Origin: Phycisphaerae bacterium RAS1
GTDB taxonomy: Bacteria; Planctomycetota; Phycisphaerae; UBA1845; Fen-1342
NCBI GenBank assembly: GCA_007859745.1
Contig: SMLU01000002.1
Location: forward strand, 52,942 to 116,941
Length of the DNA stretch: 64,000 nt
Reading direction: 5' to 3'
Shown here: one piece after another, positions 46,337 to 55,772 of the stretch
Layout of the letters: each line of letters starts with the position of its first letter
Numbering within the stretch: position 1 is the stretch's first letter
Notes under the pieces: model-generated
The model's database searches: none
What the model was told of the DNA's origin: nothing
The model's input: only the letters and a program-made list of their open reading frames with translations
Translations under genes and position numbers: made by a program

Positions 46337-46927
46337 TCAGGCCTGCTCCACGCGGATCCACTTCTCGATCTGCGGCGGCTCATATTTCCTCATCCGGTCG
46401 AGCAGCACCCCCTCGTCCTGCTCGATCTGAATCATCGCCCGATGTTCGCGTCGCACGAGCCGCTCGGCGACGGCGTGATCCAGGAACTCAATCAGTTTGT
46501 CGTAATAGCCAGCGGCATTGAGTATGCCGCAGGGCTTGGAATGAATGCCGAGCTGAGCCCAGGTGATGATCTCGAAGATCTCCTCGAACGTTCCCAGTCC
46601 GCCGGGCAGGGCGATGAAACCGTCGGCCAGCTCCTCCATCATGGCCTTGCGCGTGTGCATGCTATCCACGACGTGCAGCTCGGTCAGGCTCTCGTGCGCG
46701 ACCTCTTTCACGGCCAGCCCGTGCGGGATGACGCCGATCACTTCGCCGCCGTGAGCGAGCACCTCGTCGGCCAGCACGCCCATCAAACCGACGTTTCCGC
46801 CGCCATAGACCAGCCGGATGCGCTCGGCCGCCAGGCGCCGGCCCAGGCGGCGCGCGGCATCGGCGTAGGCGGGGTTCGCCCCGTTGCTTGAGCCGCAGAA
46901 AACGCAGAGCCTTCGAATCTCGCGCAT
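46337..46927 (-). CDS. LOG-family protein (cytokinin riboside 5'-monophosphate phosphoribohydrolase-like)
   Basis: VFCGSS, GGGxxGLM and PGGxGTxxE motifs. Confidence 0.85.
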   Translation of the reverse strand: MREIRRLCVFCGSSNGANPAYADAARRLGRRLAAERIRLVYGGGNVGLMGVLADEVLAHGGEVIGVIPHGLAVKEVAHESLTELHVVDSMHTRKAMMEELADGFIALPGGLGTFEEIFEIITWAQLGIHSKPCGILNAAGYYDKLIEFLDHAVAERLVRREHRAMIQIEQDEGVLLDRMRKYEPPQIEKWIRVEQA

Positions 46928-47026
46928 CGGGCGCCTCCGCGGCGGATTCTACTCCGGCGCGGCCGCGGCCACACCGGCGGTGCGGCCCGTGCCACGTGAG
47001 AGCGGCTGCCCTATACTCCGGCGCAT

Positions 47027-48328
47027 ATGCGTAAGAATTACGTGCTGGACGCGAACATACTGATTCACGACCCCGAATCGATCTTTCACTTTGCCGACAA
47101 CACGGTCATCATCCCGGTCGGGATCATCAGCGAGATCGACCGCTTCAAGAAAGAAACCACGGACCGCGGCTATAACGCCCGCGCCATCGTCCGCCGCCTC
47201 GATTCGCTCCGCACGACCCACAGTCTCTCGCAGGGCGTCGACCTGCCCAATGGCGGGCGGCTGCTGGTTTTCTGCGACCCGGAGCAGGTCCTGACGCCTG
47301 TCGCGAGCCACGGCGACATCGAAGTGCTCCGCGTGGCGCAGGCGGTGCAGAAGGCCGAGCCAAGCGTACCGGTGGTCATCGTCACCAAGGACATCAATCT
47401 GCGCATCCGCGCGGACGCGGCGGGGATGCGGGCCGAGGACTACGAGTCCGACCACGTGCCGCTCTCCGACCTGTACAGCGGGCAATTCGAGTGGCCTGTC
47501 GCCCCGCAGGACCTGGATGTTTTTCGCGAGAGCGGCGAGCTGGCGCTCAACGGGCATCCGCACAATCCGAATGAATACGTCCTGCTGCGCTCTACCGGCC
47601 AATCGCGGGCGTCGGCTCTCGGTCGGGTCAACGAGCTGGCCGACCGCGTCATCGCTCTCAAGGAGCCGGAAAAAGGCCTGTGGGGCGTCAAGCCGCGCAA
47701 CAAGGAGCAGTACTTCGCGATCGACGCGCTGCTCGACGACGATCTGCAGCTCGTCACCCTCATGGGCAAGGCCGGCACCGGAAAGACGCTGTTGGCCATC
47801 GCCGCCGCCATGTACCTGGCGATCCGCCGCAAGAAATATCGCGGCGTGCTGGTGGCGCGGCCGATCGTGCCGCTGGGGCGCGACATCGGCTACCTGCCGG
47901 GCGACGTGGAACGAAAGCTCGAGCCGTGGATGAAGCCGATCGCCGACACGGTGGAGTTCCTGCTCGACGCCGGCGGGCCGATCAAGGGATACAGCGACTG
48001 TGAGGCATTGCTTCGCAGCGGCGTGATTGAGATTCAGCCGCTGACGTATATCCGGGGCCGCAGCATCTCGAATCGGATCGTGGTGATCGACGAGGCTCAG
48101 AATCTGACGCCGCTCGAAGTGAAGACGGTCATCACACGAATCGGGGCGGACGCGCGCGTCATCCTGACCGGCGATCCGTACCAGATCGACAATCCCTACG
48201 TTGACGCCAACAGCAACGGCTTTACCTATCTGGTGAATCGCTTCCGCACGCAGAAGCTCGCGGCACACGTCGAATTGAAGAAAGGCGAGCGCAGCCCGCT
48301 GGCGGAGCTGGCGGCGAACCTCCTGTAA
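47027..48328 (+). CDS. PhoH-family ATPase with N-terminal PIN domain (YlaK-like)
   Basis: N-terminal PIN (YVLDANILIHD). Walker A GKAGTGKT. Walker B VVIDEAQN. Confidence 0.85.
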   Translation: MRKNYVLDANILIHDPESIFHFADNTVIIPVGIISEIDRFKKETTDRGYNARAIVRRLDSLRTTHSLSQGVDLPNGGRLLVFCDPEQVLTPVASHGDIEVLRVAQAVQKAEPSVPVVIVTKDINLRIRADAAGMRAEDYESDHVPLSDLYSGQFEWPVAPQDLDVFRESGELALNGHPHNPNEYVLLRSTGQSRASALGRVNELADRVIALKEPEKGLWGVKPRNKEQYFAIDALLDDDLQLVTLMGKAGTGKTLLAIAAAMYLAIRRKKYRGVLVARPIVPLGRDIGYLPGDVERKLEPWMKPIADTVEFLLDAGGPIKGYSDCEALLRSGVIEIQPLTYIRGRSISNRIVVIDEAQNLTPLEVKTVITRIGADARVILTGDPYQIDNPYVDANSNGFTYLVNRFRTQKLAAHVELKKGERSPLAELAANLL

Positions 48329-48366
48329 CGCTAACCGGGTGTGCCTGTTTCCGGGCGGGCGGTCTT

Positions 48367-48488
48367 CTTTCCGAACCCGCCGCGCCAAGCGGCGGGGTGA
48401 GGTGCGCGCTGTGCTCGGCGTCAAGGTACGACGCGCCGCTGCGAACGCGCCCGGACGTCACCCCGCCGCTTGGCGCGGCGGGTTCGGA
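48367..48488. repeat. Family-A palindromic repeat
   Basis: Full copy with a longer spacer. Confidence 0.85.
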
Positions 48489-48586
48489 CAAGCCGGCGTG
48501 GTTGTCGGAGTTTCCGGGCACACGCAGCTAACGCGACCGTCCGTTCCCGCTTGACTTCCTGCGACAATATGTTACCATTTAGTCAC

Positions 48587-49408
48587 ATGAAGAAAGCCCG
48601 CCCGCGAGCGCAGGACCGGGTCTGGCGGGCGCTGGGCGATCCGTCGCGGCGCGAAATCCTCGACCGGCTCCGCGGCGCGCCGCGAACCGTTGGCGAGTTG
48701 TGCGATGGCTTCGCCCCGCGCATCAGCCGCTTCGGCGTCATGAAGCACCTGCGCGTCTTGCAGCAGGCCGGGTTGGTTGTCGCCCGCAAACAGGGCCGAC
48801 AGACGTGGAATCACCTGAACGCCGTGCCGCTGCGGCGGGTCTACGAGCGCTGGGTGTCGCGCTACGAATCACACTGGGCCGGACAGATGCTGTCGCTCGA
48901 GCGGCGGATTGAGTCCGGCCGCGACGAAACAGGAGCAGCCGCCATGGCCGATCAGGCGCCGAAGCTGGATTCGTTTCATATTGAGCAGGAGCTCGAGCTT
49001 TCGAGCCCGCCGAAAAAGGTATTCGCGGCGTTGTTGGATGTAGATGGGTGGTGGTGCCATCGCACGTTTGACGAGGGCGCGCCGTCGCACATTCGGCTGG
49101 AGGCTCATGCCGGCGGCCGCTTCTATGAAATTGGCGCCGCCGGCGAAGCGCACTACGGCACGGTGCAGGAGATTTCAGCCCCGCGACGGCTGCGGCTGGC
49201 GGGGCCGCTGGGCATGGGCCGGCTTCCGGTCATGAGCGTGTACGAATTCCGGCTTGAGGCGGCCGGCTCGGGCACGCGCCTGAAGCTCACCCATCGCGCC
49301 CATGGTTTACTCGATCCACGCTGGAGAGAGCAGCACGAGAAAGGCTGGGGCGAGTTGTGGAAGCACTTGAAGGCGCTCGTCGAGGACGGCAAGCGCTTCT
49401 CCGCCTGA
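48587..49408 (+). CDS. ArsR-family HTH regulator fused to an SRPBCC/AHSA1-like domain
   Basis: RVWRALGDPSRREILDRL...VGELC is the ArsR HTH. The C-terminal ~150 aa is Aha1/SRPBCC-like. Alternative ATG at 48569. Confidence 0.7.
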   Translation: MKKARPRAQDRVWRALGDPSRREILDRLRGAPRTVGELCDGFAPRISRFGVMKHLRVLQQAGLVVARKQGRQTWNHLNAVPLRRVYERWVSRYESHWAGQMLSLERRIESGRDETGAAAMADQAPKLDSFHIEQELELSSPPKKVFAALLDVDGWWCHRTFDEGAPSHIRLEAHAGGRFYEIGAAGEAHYGTVQEISAPRRLRLAGPLGMGRLPVMSVYEFRLEAAGSGTRLKLTHRAHGLLDPRWREQHEKGWGELWKHLKALVEDGKRFSA

Positions 49409-49452
49409 CCGGAGTTGAGACCGCGCGTGCAAGGAAGCTGTCCCAAAACTCC

Positions 49453-49517
49453 TTCCGAGCCGCGACCGTGAGGGAGCGGAGCCTGAAGAACCGCTTGCTT
49501 ACGCGCGCGGCTCGGAT
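49453..49517. repeat. Family-D palindromic repeat
   Basis: TTCCGAGCCGCGACCGTGAGGGAGCGG..CCGCTTGCTTACGCGCGCGGCTCGGA. Confidence 0.75.
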
Positions 49518-49664
49518 TGAAGCAGTGGTCTTGAGATAGTCGCATGGGCTTCTGGCCCGTTTGTTCGCCGAGATCGAGGCGGCGGGGGCGCGGACAGGCT
49601 GATTTCGGAGTTAAGATGGCCGCGCGCGTCGCTCGGCCGACCCGTCACGAATGGAGGGCTGAAC

Positions 49665-49955
49665 GTGAAGTGGATTGCATCTATTGTTGCCGGCGTTTCG
49701 ATCATCGGTCTGGCCGCCGCGGCTGTCGCGGATGAACCGGCCGCCGCGAAACCGCGGGCGTCTGAAGCGTCGGCCAAGCCTGAAGCCGAGCAACGGCTCG
49801 AGCGGATCAAGAAACTGGCCGGCGCGTGGGAGTCCGGCGACGAAGACGGCGCCGGTATGGCCGACACGCAGGCGTACTATCGCATCGTCTCCGGCGGCAC
49901 GGCCGTGGCGGAGTTTCTCATGCGCCCGGGTGGGACGGGCGTCTCGCCCGTCTAA
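49665..49955 (+). CDS. Small secreted hypothetical protein (96 aa); its C-terminus runs into a family-B repeat
   Basis: Signal peptide MKWIASIVAGVSIIGLAAAAVA. The last residues GGTGVSPV are repeat-derived. Confidence 0.4.
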   Translation: MKWIASIVAGVSIIGLAAAAVADEPAAAKPRASEASAKPEAEQRLERIKKLAGAWESGDEDGAGMADTQAYYRIVSGGTAVAEFLMRPGGTGVSPV

Positions 49956-49990
49956 TTGGGCCGGGACGGGCGAGACGCCCGTCCCACCCA
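49927..49990. repeat. Family-B palindromic repeat
   Basis: GGGTGGGACGGGCGTCTCGCCCGTC..GGGACGGGCGAGACGCCCGTCCCACCC. Confidence 0.85.
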
Positions 49991-50056
49991 AGTCATCGTA
50001 GCTGACACTTCGTTAGCGCTTCCCGTGAGTGAGTTGGACGTTCGGAGAATTCACGC

Positions 50057-50755
50057 GTGCCCGACAAAGCCTGCATCATCACCGGCGCCAGCCGCGGCAT
50101 CGGGCTGGCCACGGCGCTTCGCTTGGCCCGCGGCGGTTATCACGTGACGCTCGCGGCTCGGAATCCCGTCGAGCTCGAGGCCGCGGCCCGGCAGGTTTCA
50201 GCGGTGGGGGTCGGCGTGGAGGCCGTTCCGGTTGACGTCGCAGAGCCGCCCGCCGCCGCAGAGCTGACGGCGATCTCACTCCGGCGTTTCGGCCGGATCG
50301 ACGTGCTCATTAACAACGCCGGCTACGGTTTGCTCGCCCCCATCGACCAACTCGCCGCTGCGGAGTTTCAGAAGTTGCTGGCGGTCAACGTGGTGTCGGT
50401 GTTTCACCTGACGCAGGCCGTGTGGCCGGTCATGCGCGACCAGCGCGGGGGCGTAATCGTGAATGTCTCGTCGATCGCCGCGTTCGATCCATTTCCCGGA
50501 TTCGCGGTCTACGGCGCGTGCAAGGCATGGGTGAACACGTTTACGCGCGCGATCGCCGAAGAAGGCAAGAAGCTCGGCATCCGCGTCTTCGCCGTCGCGC
50601 CGGGCGCCGTGGAGACGCAGATGCTTCGCTCGGCGTTCCCTTCGTTTCCGGCTGAGCAAACGCTCGACCCGGATCATGTGGCGGCGACGATCGAAGCGCT
50701 GGTCGACGAGCGCCTGGCGCACTGCAGCGGGCAAACGGTGATCGTGAAGCGATAG
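50057..50755 (+). CDS. SDR-family oxidoreductase
   Basis: TGASRGIG, NNAG and YxxxK (YGACKAW) motifs. GTG start. Confidence 0.85.
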   Translation: MPDKACIITGASRGIGLATALRLARGGYHVTLAARNPVELEAAARQVSAVGVGVEAVPVDVAEPPAAAELTAISLRRFGRIDVLINNAGYGLLAPIDQLAAAEFQKLLAVNVVSVFHLTQAVWPVMRDQRGGVIVNVSSIAAFDPFPGFAVYGACKAWVNTFTRAIAEEGKKLGIRVFAVAPGAVETQMLRSAFPSFPAEQTLDPDHVAATIEALVDERLAHCSGQTVIVKR

Positions 50756-50798
50756 TCGGCGGTAGCGCTGGTATAGCCAATCAGAATTGGTGCATCAT

Positions 50799-50933
50799 GG
50801 GTGGGACGGGCGTCTCGCCCGTCCCCGCGGTCTCAGGAACGGGTAAGATTCCGGTTCACCCGAACGGTGCTCACATGTCCTCTTGCCCGTCGCGCGGGAC
50901 GGGCGAGACGCCCGTCCCACCCATTGAGATGCA
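50799..50933. repeat. Family-B palindromic repeat, extended double copy
   Basis: Two outer arms plus internal half-arms spanning 135 bp. Confidence 0.8.
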
Positions 50934-50952
50934 AACAGCGCGACTTACTACA

Positions 50953-52092
50953 CTAGCGCTCGATCGCCAGTTCGTTGCCCCTTGCGGCTTGGATGGCCAG
51001 CATCGCATATGCCGTGGTCAGCGCCGGGTGGCCCTCCATCCAGCGGTCGGCGTCATTCACCCAGCTTCCGTCCGGCTTTTGCAGTTTTGCCAACTTGGTG
51101 AGCAGCTCCTCGCGCCAGACGTGCTTCTCGCCGCGGGCGTCGCTGATGATCGGTTGGCCATACGCCGCCATGGCGCGGCCGAACGTGTGGTAGTAATAGA
51201 AGAGCCCCTCGTGTGAGCGCGTGTCGGGCATGTTCGGATTGTGATCGAGCGTCCAGTGCTTCGAAATCCAGTCGACCGCCGCCTTGACGCGCGGGTCGTC
51301 CTTCTTCAGCCCGGCGTAAAGCATGCTCTTGAAACCCGCGTAGGTCATGGAGCCGTAGCAGCGCAGCTCCGTGCGGCCGTCGATGGTCTCCTGTTCCGCC
51401 TTGCTCTCGCCGCCGTTGGCGGGCGAATAGATAAAACCGCCCTGCGTCGAGCCTTTGGCGTAGGGCTGGTCGTTCGACTCGCCGCGCATCTGGCAGCGTT
51501 GAATGAACACCAGCGCCTTCTGATAGGCCGGGTCATCCTGCGGGACGCCGCTGTCGCGCAGCGCGTCGAGCATGTACTGAAGATTCGAGAGGTCCGGCCG
51601 CGCCCCGCGGCCGTAGCCGGCGCCGCCATACCAGGGGTCGTCGCGCTTCTTTCCCTCGCTCTCGTCCCACTGGAGGTCCTTGAGGTACTTCTGCGCGGCG
51701 GCGGCGACCGGCCGCGTTTCGCTGCTGTTGATCAGGGCCAGCATCGAAAGTGCGACGCTCGTTTCATAGTTCTTGAGCAGCCCCTCGGCAGAGTAGATGC
51801 CGCCGTCGTCGCGCCGCGAACGCAGCACGAAGGCGACGCCGTTCTTGACGGCCGGGTGCTCCGGGCCGATGGTCGGCTCCTGGATGAGCGCCTTGAGCAC
51901 CAGCGCGGAGATGCCCGGGCCGGTGTCGGACGCCCAGCCGCCGCTGGAATCCTGCGTGGAGAGCAGGAACATCGCGGCGCGGGCGGTGATTTCGGCGGCG
52001 CCGGGCGGCGCAGCCGGCTGAGAAGCGCGCGGTGCGGAAGCCGGTGGATCAGGCAGGAACAGCAATAGGGCGGATACAACCAGTACGATCAT
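50953..52092 (-). CDS. Secreted prenyltransferase/squalene-oxidase-repeat (terpenoid cyclase-like alpha/alpha toroid) protein
   Basis: Signal peptide. Repeated QxxDGGW-like motifs (QDSSGGW, RDDGGIY, QKPDGSW). Confidence 0.65.
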   Translation of the reverse strand: MIVLVVSALLLFLPDPPASAPRASQPAAPPGAAEITARAAMFLLSTQDSSGGWASDTGPGISALVLKALIQEPTIGPEHPAVKNGVAFVLRSRRDDGGIYSAEGLLKNYETSVALSMLALINSSETRPVAAAAQKYLKDLQWDESEGKKRDDPWYGGAGYGRGARPDLSNLQYMLDALRDSGVPQDDPAYQKALVFIQRCQMRGESNDQPYAKGSTQGGFIYSPANGGESKAEQETIDGRTELRCYGSMTYAGFKSMLYAGLKKDDPRVKAAVDWISKHWTLDHNPNMPDTRSHEGLFYYYHTFGRAMAAYGQPIISDARGEKHVWREELLTKLAKLQKPDGSWVNDADRWMEGHPALTTAYAMLAIQAARGNELAIER

Positions 52093-52161
52093 AGGGAAAG
52101 ACCCTCACAGATTCGCGAAACGGCGTTGCCTATCATACCGACGCGCGCTACGGCACAGGCC

Positions 52162-52225
52162 TTTCAGAGCCGCGACCGTGAGAGAGCGGTTCTTCGAGCC
52201 TTTCCGAGCCGCGACCGTGAGAGAG
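52162..52225. repeat. Family-D half-arms, two tandem copies, interrupted by an IS insertion
   Basis: CAGAGCCGCGACCGTGAGAGAGCGGTTCTTCGAGCCTTTCCGAGCCGCGACCGTGAGAGAG. Confidence 0.75.
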
Positions 52226-53700
52226 TGAGAATAAATCCCCCTTGCCGGGGATGGTACATTATTCGACATGGACACGACGATGCTGATTGCCGGAATGGAT
52301 GCCGTGATGAACGACCCAGTATCGGAATCGACGGGGCGGCGTGCGTTGGCGGAGCCGCCGCGGCTTCGGCGGCCGAATCGCGAGCAGTCGTTGCTGCTGC
52401 CGTGCTGTCTGGAGGATCTGCTGCCGGCGGATCACGCGGCGCGGGCGGTTTGGTCGGTCGTGGAGCGGCTCGATCTTTCGGCGTTCAGCGCCCCGCTCAA
52501 GGCGCGCGGCGACGAGCCGGGCCGGCCGGCGACGGATCCGCAGTTGCTGACGGCGTTGTGGCTGTACGCGACGATCGAGGGGATTGGCAGTGGGCGCGAG
52601 ATCGAGCGACGCTGCGGCTGCCAGGACGCTTTTCGCTGGCTGTGCGGCGGCGTGCCGGTGAACTATCACACGTTGAATGACTTCCGCGTCGGTCACGGGG
52701 CGGCGCTGGACGAACTGTTTTCGCAGGTGTTGGCGGTGCTGATGCACAAGCGGATCGTGAGCGTGCGTCGGATTGCGCAGGACGGAACCAAGGTGCGGGC
52801 CGACGCCGGGCGGCACACCTTCCGCCGCGAGGCGACGCTGCAGCGTCAACTGACGGAAGCCCGCGCCCATGTGGCGGCGGTCAAGGCCCAGTCGGACAAC
52901 CCTGCCGCGGATGCGCGACGGCGTGCCGCGCAGGAGCGTGCGGCCCGGGAGCGGGTCGAGCGAATCGAAGCGGCGTTGGCCGAGTTGCCGAAGATTGGCG
53001 CAGACCAGCAGCAGTCCAAGCGGCCGGACGTGCGTGCCAAAGAGCCGCGGGCCTCGACGATCGACCCGCAAGCGCGCGTCATGAAGATGCCCGACGGCGG
53101 CTACCGTCCGGCGTATAACGTACAACTGGCAACCGACGTGGAGAGCCGCGCGATTGTGGGGGTGGACGTCACCCAGGCCCGCAGCGACCACCAGCAAGCA
53201 GCGCCGCTGCGCGCCCAGGTGGAGCGGCGCAGCGGCGCGAAGGTGGTAGAGCACCTGCTCGACGGCGGCTACGTGCAGTTGGCCGAGATCGAGCGCGCCG
53301 AAGCGGCGGGCACGCGCATCTATGCGCCGCCGCAGAAGACCGGGAACGACACCGCGGGCTTTGCGCCCAAACGCTCTGACGGTCCGGGCGTGGCGGCCTG
53401 GCGCGTGCGCATGGGAACGCCGGCGGGCCAGACGATCTATAAGCAGCGAGCCTCGACCGCCGAGCCGGTCAACGCCGACTTGAAACGGTATCGCGGACTG
53501 GCGCAATGCGTCGTGCGCGGGCTGGCCAAAGTACGCTGCCAGGCCCTTTGGGCCGCCCTCGCCTACAACGTGATGCACTTCACCGCGCAGCTCGTCACCT
53601 GACCAACGGTGAGCGAATGAACCCGCCGGTGCAGCCGAAGTAAACAAGCGAATCACGAGCCGCAGACCATGCGACAAGGAAACCGACGCCGGCCAAAGGA
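52226..53700 (+). mobile_element. IS5/IS1182-like insertion sequence (boundaries approximate) inserted into a family-D repeat cluster
   Basis: Transposase ORF with candidate terminal inverted repeats TGAGAATAAAT... and ...AGTTCTCAGTCT. Flanked on both sides by CGTGAG(A/G)GAG from repeat D. Confidence 0.6.
52268..53602 (+). CDS. IS5/IS1182-family DDE transposase
   Basis: N-terminal InsH-like domain RPNREQSLLLPCCLEDLLPADHAARAV. The C-terminal DDE-region identification is weaker. Confidence 0.75.
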   Translation: MDTTMLIAGMDAVMNDPVSESTGRRALAEPPRLRRPNREQSLLLPCCLEDLLPADHAARAVWSVVERLDLSAFSAPLKARGDEPGRPATDPQLLTALWLYATIEGIGSGREIERRCGCQDAFRWLCGGVPVNYHTLNDFRVGHGAALDELFSQVLAVLMHKRIVSVRRIAQDGTKVRADAGRHTFRREATLQRQLTEARAHVAAVKAQSDNPAADARRRAAQERAARERVERIEAALAELPKIGADQQQSKRPDVRAKEPRASTIDPQARVMKMPDGGYRPAYNVQLATDVESRAIVGVDVTQARSDHQQAAPLRAQVERRSGAKVVEHLLDGGYVQLAEIERAEAAGTRIYAPPQKTGNDTAGFAPKRSDGPGVAAWRVRMGTPAGQTIYKQRASTAEPVNADLKRYRGLAQCVVRGLAKVRCQALWAALAYNVMHFTAQLVT

Positions 53701-53707
53701 AAAGTTC

Positions 53708-53893
53708 TCAGTCTCGTGAGGGAGCGGTTCTTCGAGCCTTTCCGAGCCGCGACCGTGAGGGAGCGGTTCTTCGAGCCTTTCCGAGCCGCGACCGTAAGGG
53801 AGCGGTTCCTGGCGTCTCCGCGGTTCCTGGCGTCTCCGCTGCCGTACGGTGATTGCCGGATCCGCTCCCTCACGGTTGCGGCTCGGAAGGGTC
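53708..53893. repeat. Family-D cluster: three tandem left half-arms, then spacer and right arm
   Basis: GTGAGGGAGCGGTTCTTCGAGCCTTTCCGAGCCGCGACC occurs three times, followed by CCGCTCCCTCACGGTTGCGGCTCGGA. Confidence 0.8.
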
Positions 53894-53895
53894 TC

Positions 53896-54270
53896 TCAAC
53901 CATATCCCAGCTCGTCCAGCCCTTCCTCGTCCATGCCGAAGTGGTGTCCCACCTCGTGCAGGACGGTGATGCGGATTTCATCGATCAGCTCGTCATACGA
54001 CTCGCACATGTCGCACAGGTTGTGGCGGAAGATGAAGATGCGATCCGGCATGGAAGCGGCCCGCAGGTCGGACATCTTCTCGTCCAGCGGCACGCCGACG
54101 TAAAGCCCCAGCAGGTCGTCGGGCACATCATGCTCGGCGCAGAACTGCGGCTCCGGGCGGTCGCACACTTCGATCATGACGTTCTCAAGGTGCGGCTTGA
54201 ACTCGGGCGGGATCTCCGCAAGCGCCTCCTCGACGGCCCGGTCGAACTCGGCGCGGGACACGTGTATCAT
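53896..54270 (-). CDS. Zincin-like metallopeptidase (DUF1025/MtfA-related; HExxH)
   Basis: HEVGHHFG motif. About 124 aa. Start MIHVSRAEF at 54270. Confidence 0.7.
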   Translation of the reverse strand: MIHVSRAEFDRAVEEALAEIPPEFKPHLENVMIEVCDRPEPQFCAEHDVPDDLLGLYVGVPLDEKMSDLRAASMPDRIFIFRHNLCDMCESYDELIDEIRITVLHEVGHHFGMDEEGLDELGYG

Positions 54271-54323
54271 CTGGCCGGTCGCCTTTACAGCAGGTCGGTC
54301 TTGGCGGACCGATCTCTTTTTTC

Positions 54324-54389
54324 GGGTGGTACGGGCATCCTGCCGGTTCCTGACCGCGCACGGACGGGCGAGACGCCCGTCCCACCCCA
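54324..54389. repeat. Family-B palindromic repeat
   Basis: GGTGGTACGGGCATCCTGCCGGTTCC...GGACGGGCGAGACGCCCGTCCCACC. Confidence 0.8.
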
Positions 54390-54411
54390 ATCGATTCTCG
54401 GAGTATATGCC

Positions 54412-55425
54412 TTGATTCTTCAACCGTCACCGAAACTCTGTCGCGGCGGGGCACTGCTGCTGCTAGGCTCGCTGCTCGGCGGCGGGTGCGCGCCGATGTC
54501 GTTTCTGGTCACGCCCGTGCCCGCGCCGCGCGCGTTGCAGGAACAGGTGGTCCGCCGCGAGAGCCTGTTCGCCTCGCAGCGGATCGCCGTCATCGAGATC
54601 GACGGGATGATCCAGAACGGCCGCGAGCAGTCGCTGGCCGGGGCCACGGGCGAGAATCCGGTGGCGCTGTTCAAGGAGAAGCTCGACAAGGCCGGCGGCG
54701 ACTCGCGCGTCAGGGCTGTCGTTCTGCGCATCAACTCACCCGGCGGCACCGTGACCGCCAGCGACATCATGCACGGCGAGGTGGTCGCGTTTCGCAAGCG
54801 GACCGGCAAGCCGGTGATCGCGTCGATGCTGGATGTGGCCGCGTCGGGCGGGTACTACGTCGCATGCGCCTGCGACCGCATCTACGCCCATCCCACCACG
54901 GTGACCGGCAGCATCGGCGTCATCGCGCTTCTGCCCGATTTCTCGGGGACCATGCAGAAGCTGGGGATCGCCGTGAACGCGATCAAGAGCGGCGCGATGA
55001 AGGACTCCGGGTCGCCCTTTCGTGAGATGACCGAAGCCGACCGGGCCGTGTTTCAGAAGATGATCAATGACATGTATGAGCGCTTCCTGGCCGTGGTGCA
55101 TGCCGGCCGGCCGGGAATCGCGGCCGACGAGCTGCGGAAAATCGCGGACGGACGCATCTACATGGCCGACGACGCGCGGCGTCTGGGGCTGATCGATACG
55201 GTCGGCGGGCTGGAGGACGCGATCACCGCGGCGCGAGAGGCCGCCGGCATCGGCGCGACGCCGATTGTCATCGTGCAGTACGCGCCGACGCATGTCTACC
55301 GGCCGAACATCTACGCTCATTCGCCGGACGGCCCGACGCAGGTGAACCTCGTGCATCTCGAGCTGCCGGCCCTGCTGAAGGGCGGGGAGCCACAATTCTT
55401 GTATCTCTGGTCGCCCGGCTGGTGA
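54412..55425 (+). CDS. sppA: Signal peptide peptidase SppA (36K type), lipoprotein
   Basis: ClpP/crotonase-fold S49 motifs: INSPGG, ASGGYY, catalytic S and K. Lipobox LLGGGC. TTG start at 54412. Confidence 0.8.
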   Translation: MILQPSPKLCRGGALLLLGSLLGGGCAPMSFLVTPVPAPRALQEQVVRRESLFASQRIAVIEIDGMIQNGREQSLAGATGENPVALFKEKLDKAGGDSRVRAVVLRINSPGGTVTASDIMHGEVVAFRKRTGKPVIASMLDVAASGGYYVACACDRIYAHPTTVTGSIGVIALLPDFSGTMQKLGIAVNAIKSGAMKDSGSPFREMTEADRAVFQKMINDMYERFLAVVHAGRPGIAADELRKIADGRIYMADDARRLGLIDTVGGLEDAITAAREAAGIGATPIVIVQYAPTHVYRPNIYAHSPDGPTQVNLVHLELPALLKGGEPQFLYLWSPGW

Positions 55426-55556
55426 GCGGCGTTTGCCGTAGGCGCCCCCGCGTGCGCGAGTCGGCGCCGCATTTTCAGAACGCGAAGCGCAAGCGAGCGC
55501 CCATGGCGATGTGCGCTCGCTTGCGACTTCGAGTGGTTCCGATTCAATGATTTTCT

Positions 55557-55610
55557 CGTGGGGAGCTCGGCGTCCCGCCGGTGCGCACCGGCGAGACGCC
55601 GATGCTCCCC
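55557..55610. repeat. Family-B variant palindrome
   Basis: GGGGAGCTCGGCGTCCCGCCGGTGCGCACCGGCGAGACGCCGATGCTCCCC. Confidence 0.55.
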
Positions 55611-55772
55611 GAAACAGCGTGCGTGACGCGGCACTAGCCCGCATATTTCATCAGTTGTCGCTTGGGCTGCCGGTTGCTGTGCGTTCGGGTTGGCGTGGGT
55701 TGTTTGTGTGGTTTGAGCGGTTTTGGCGCGCAGCGCCCCCTTACCCCCGGTCGCGATTCGGGCTGTTGGGGG

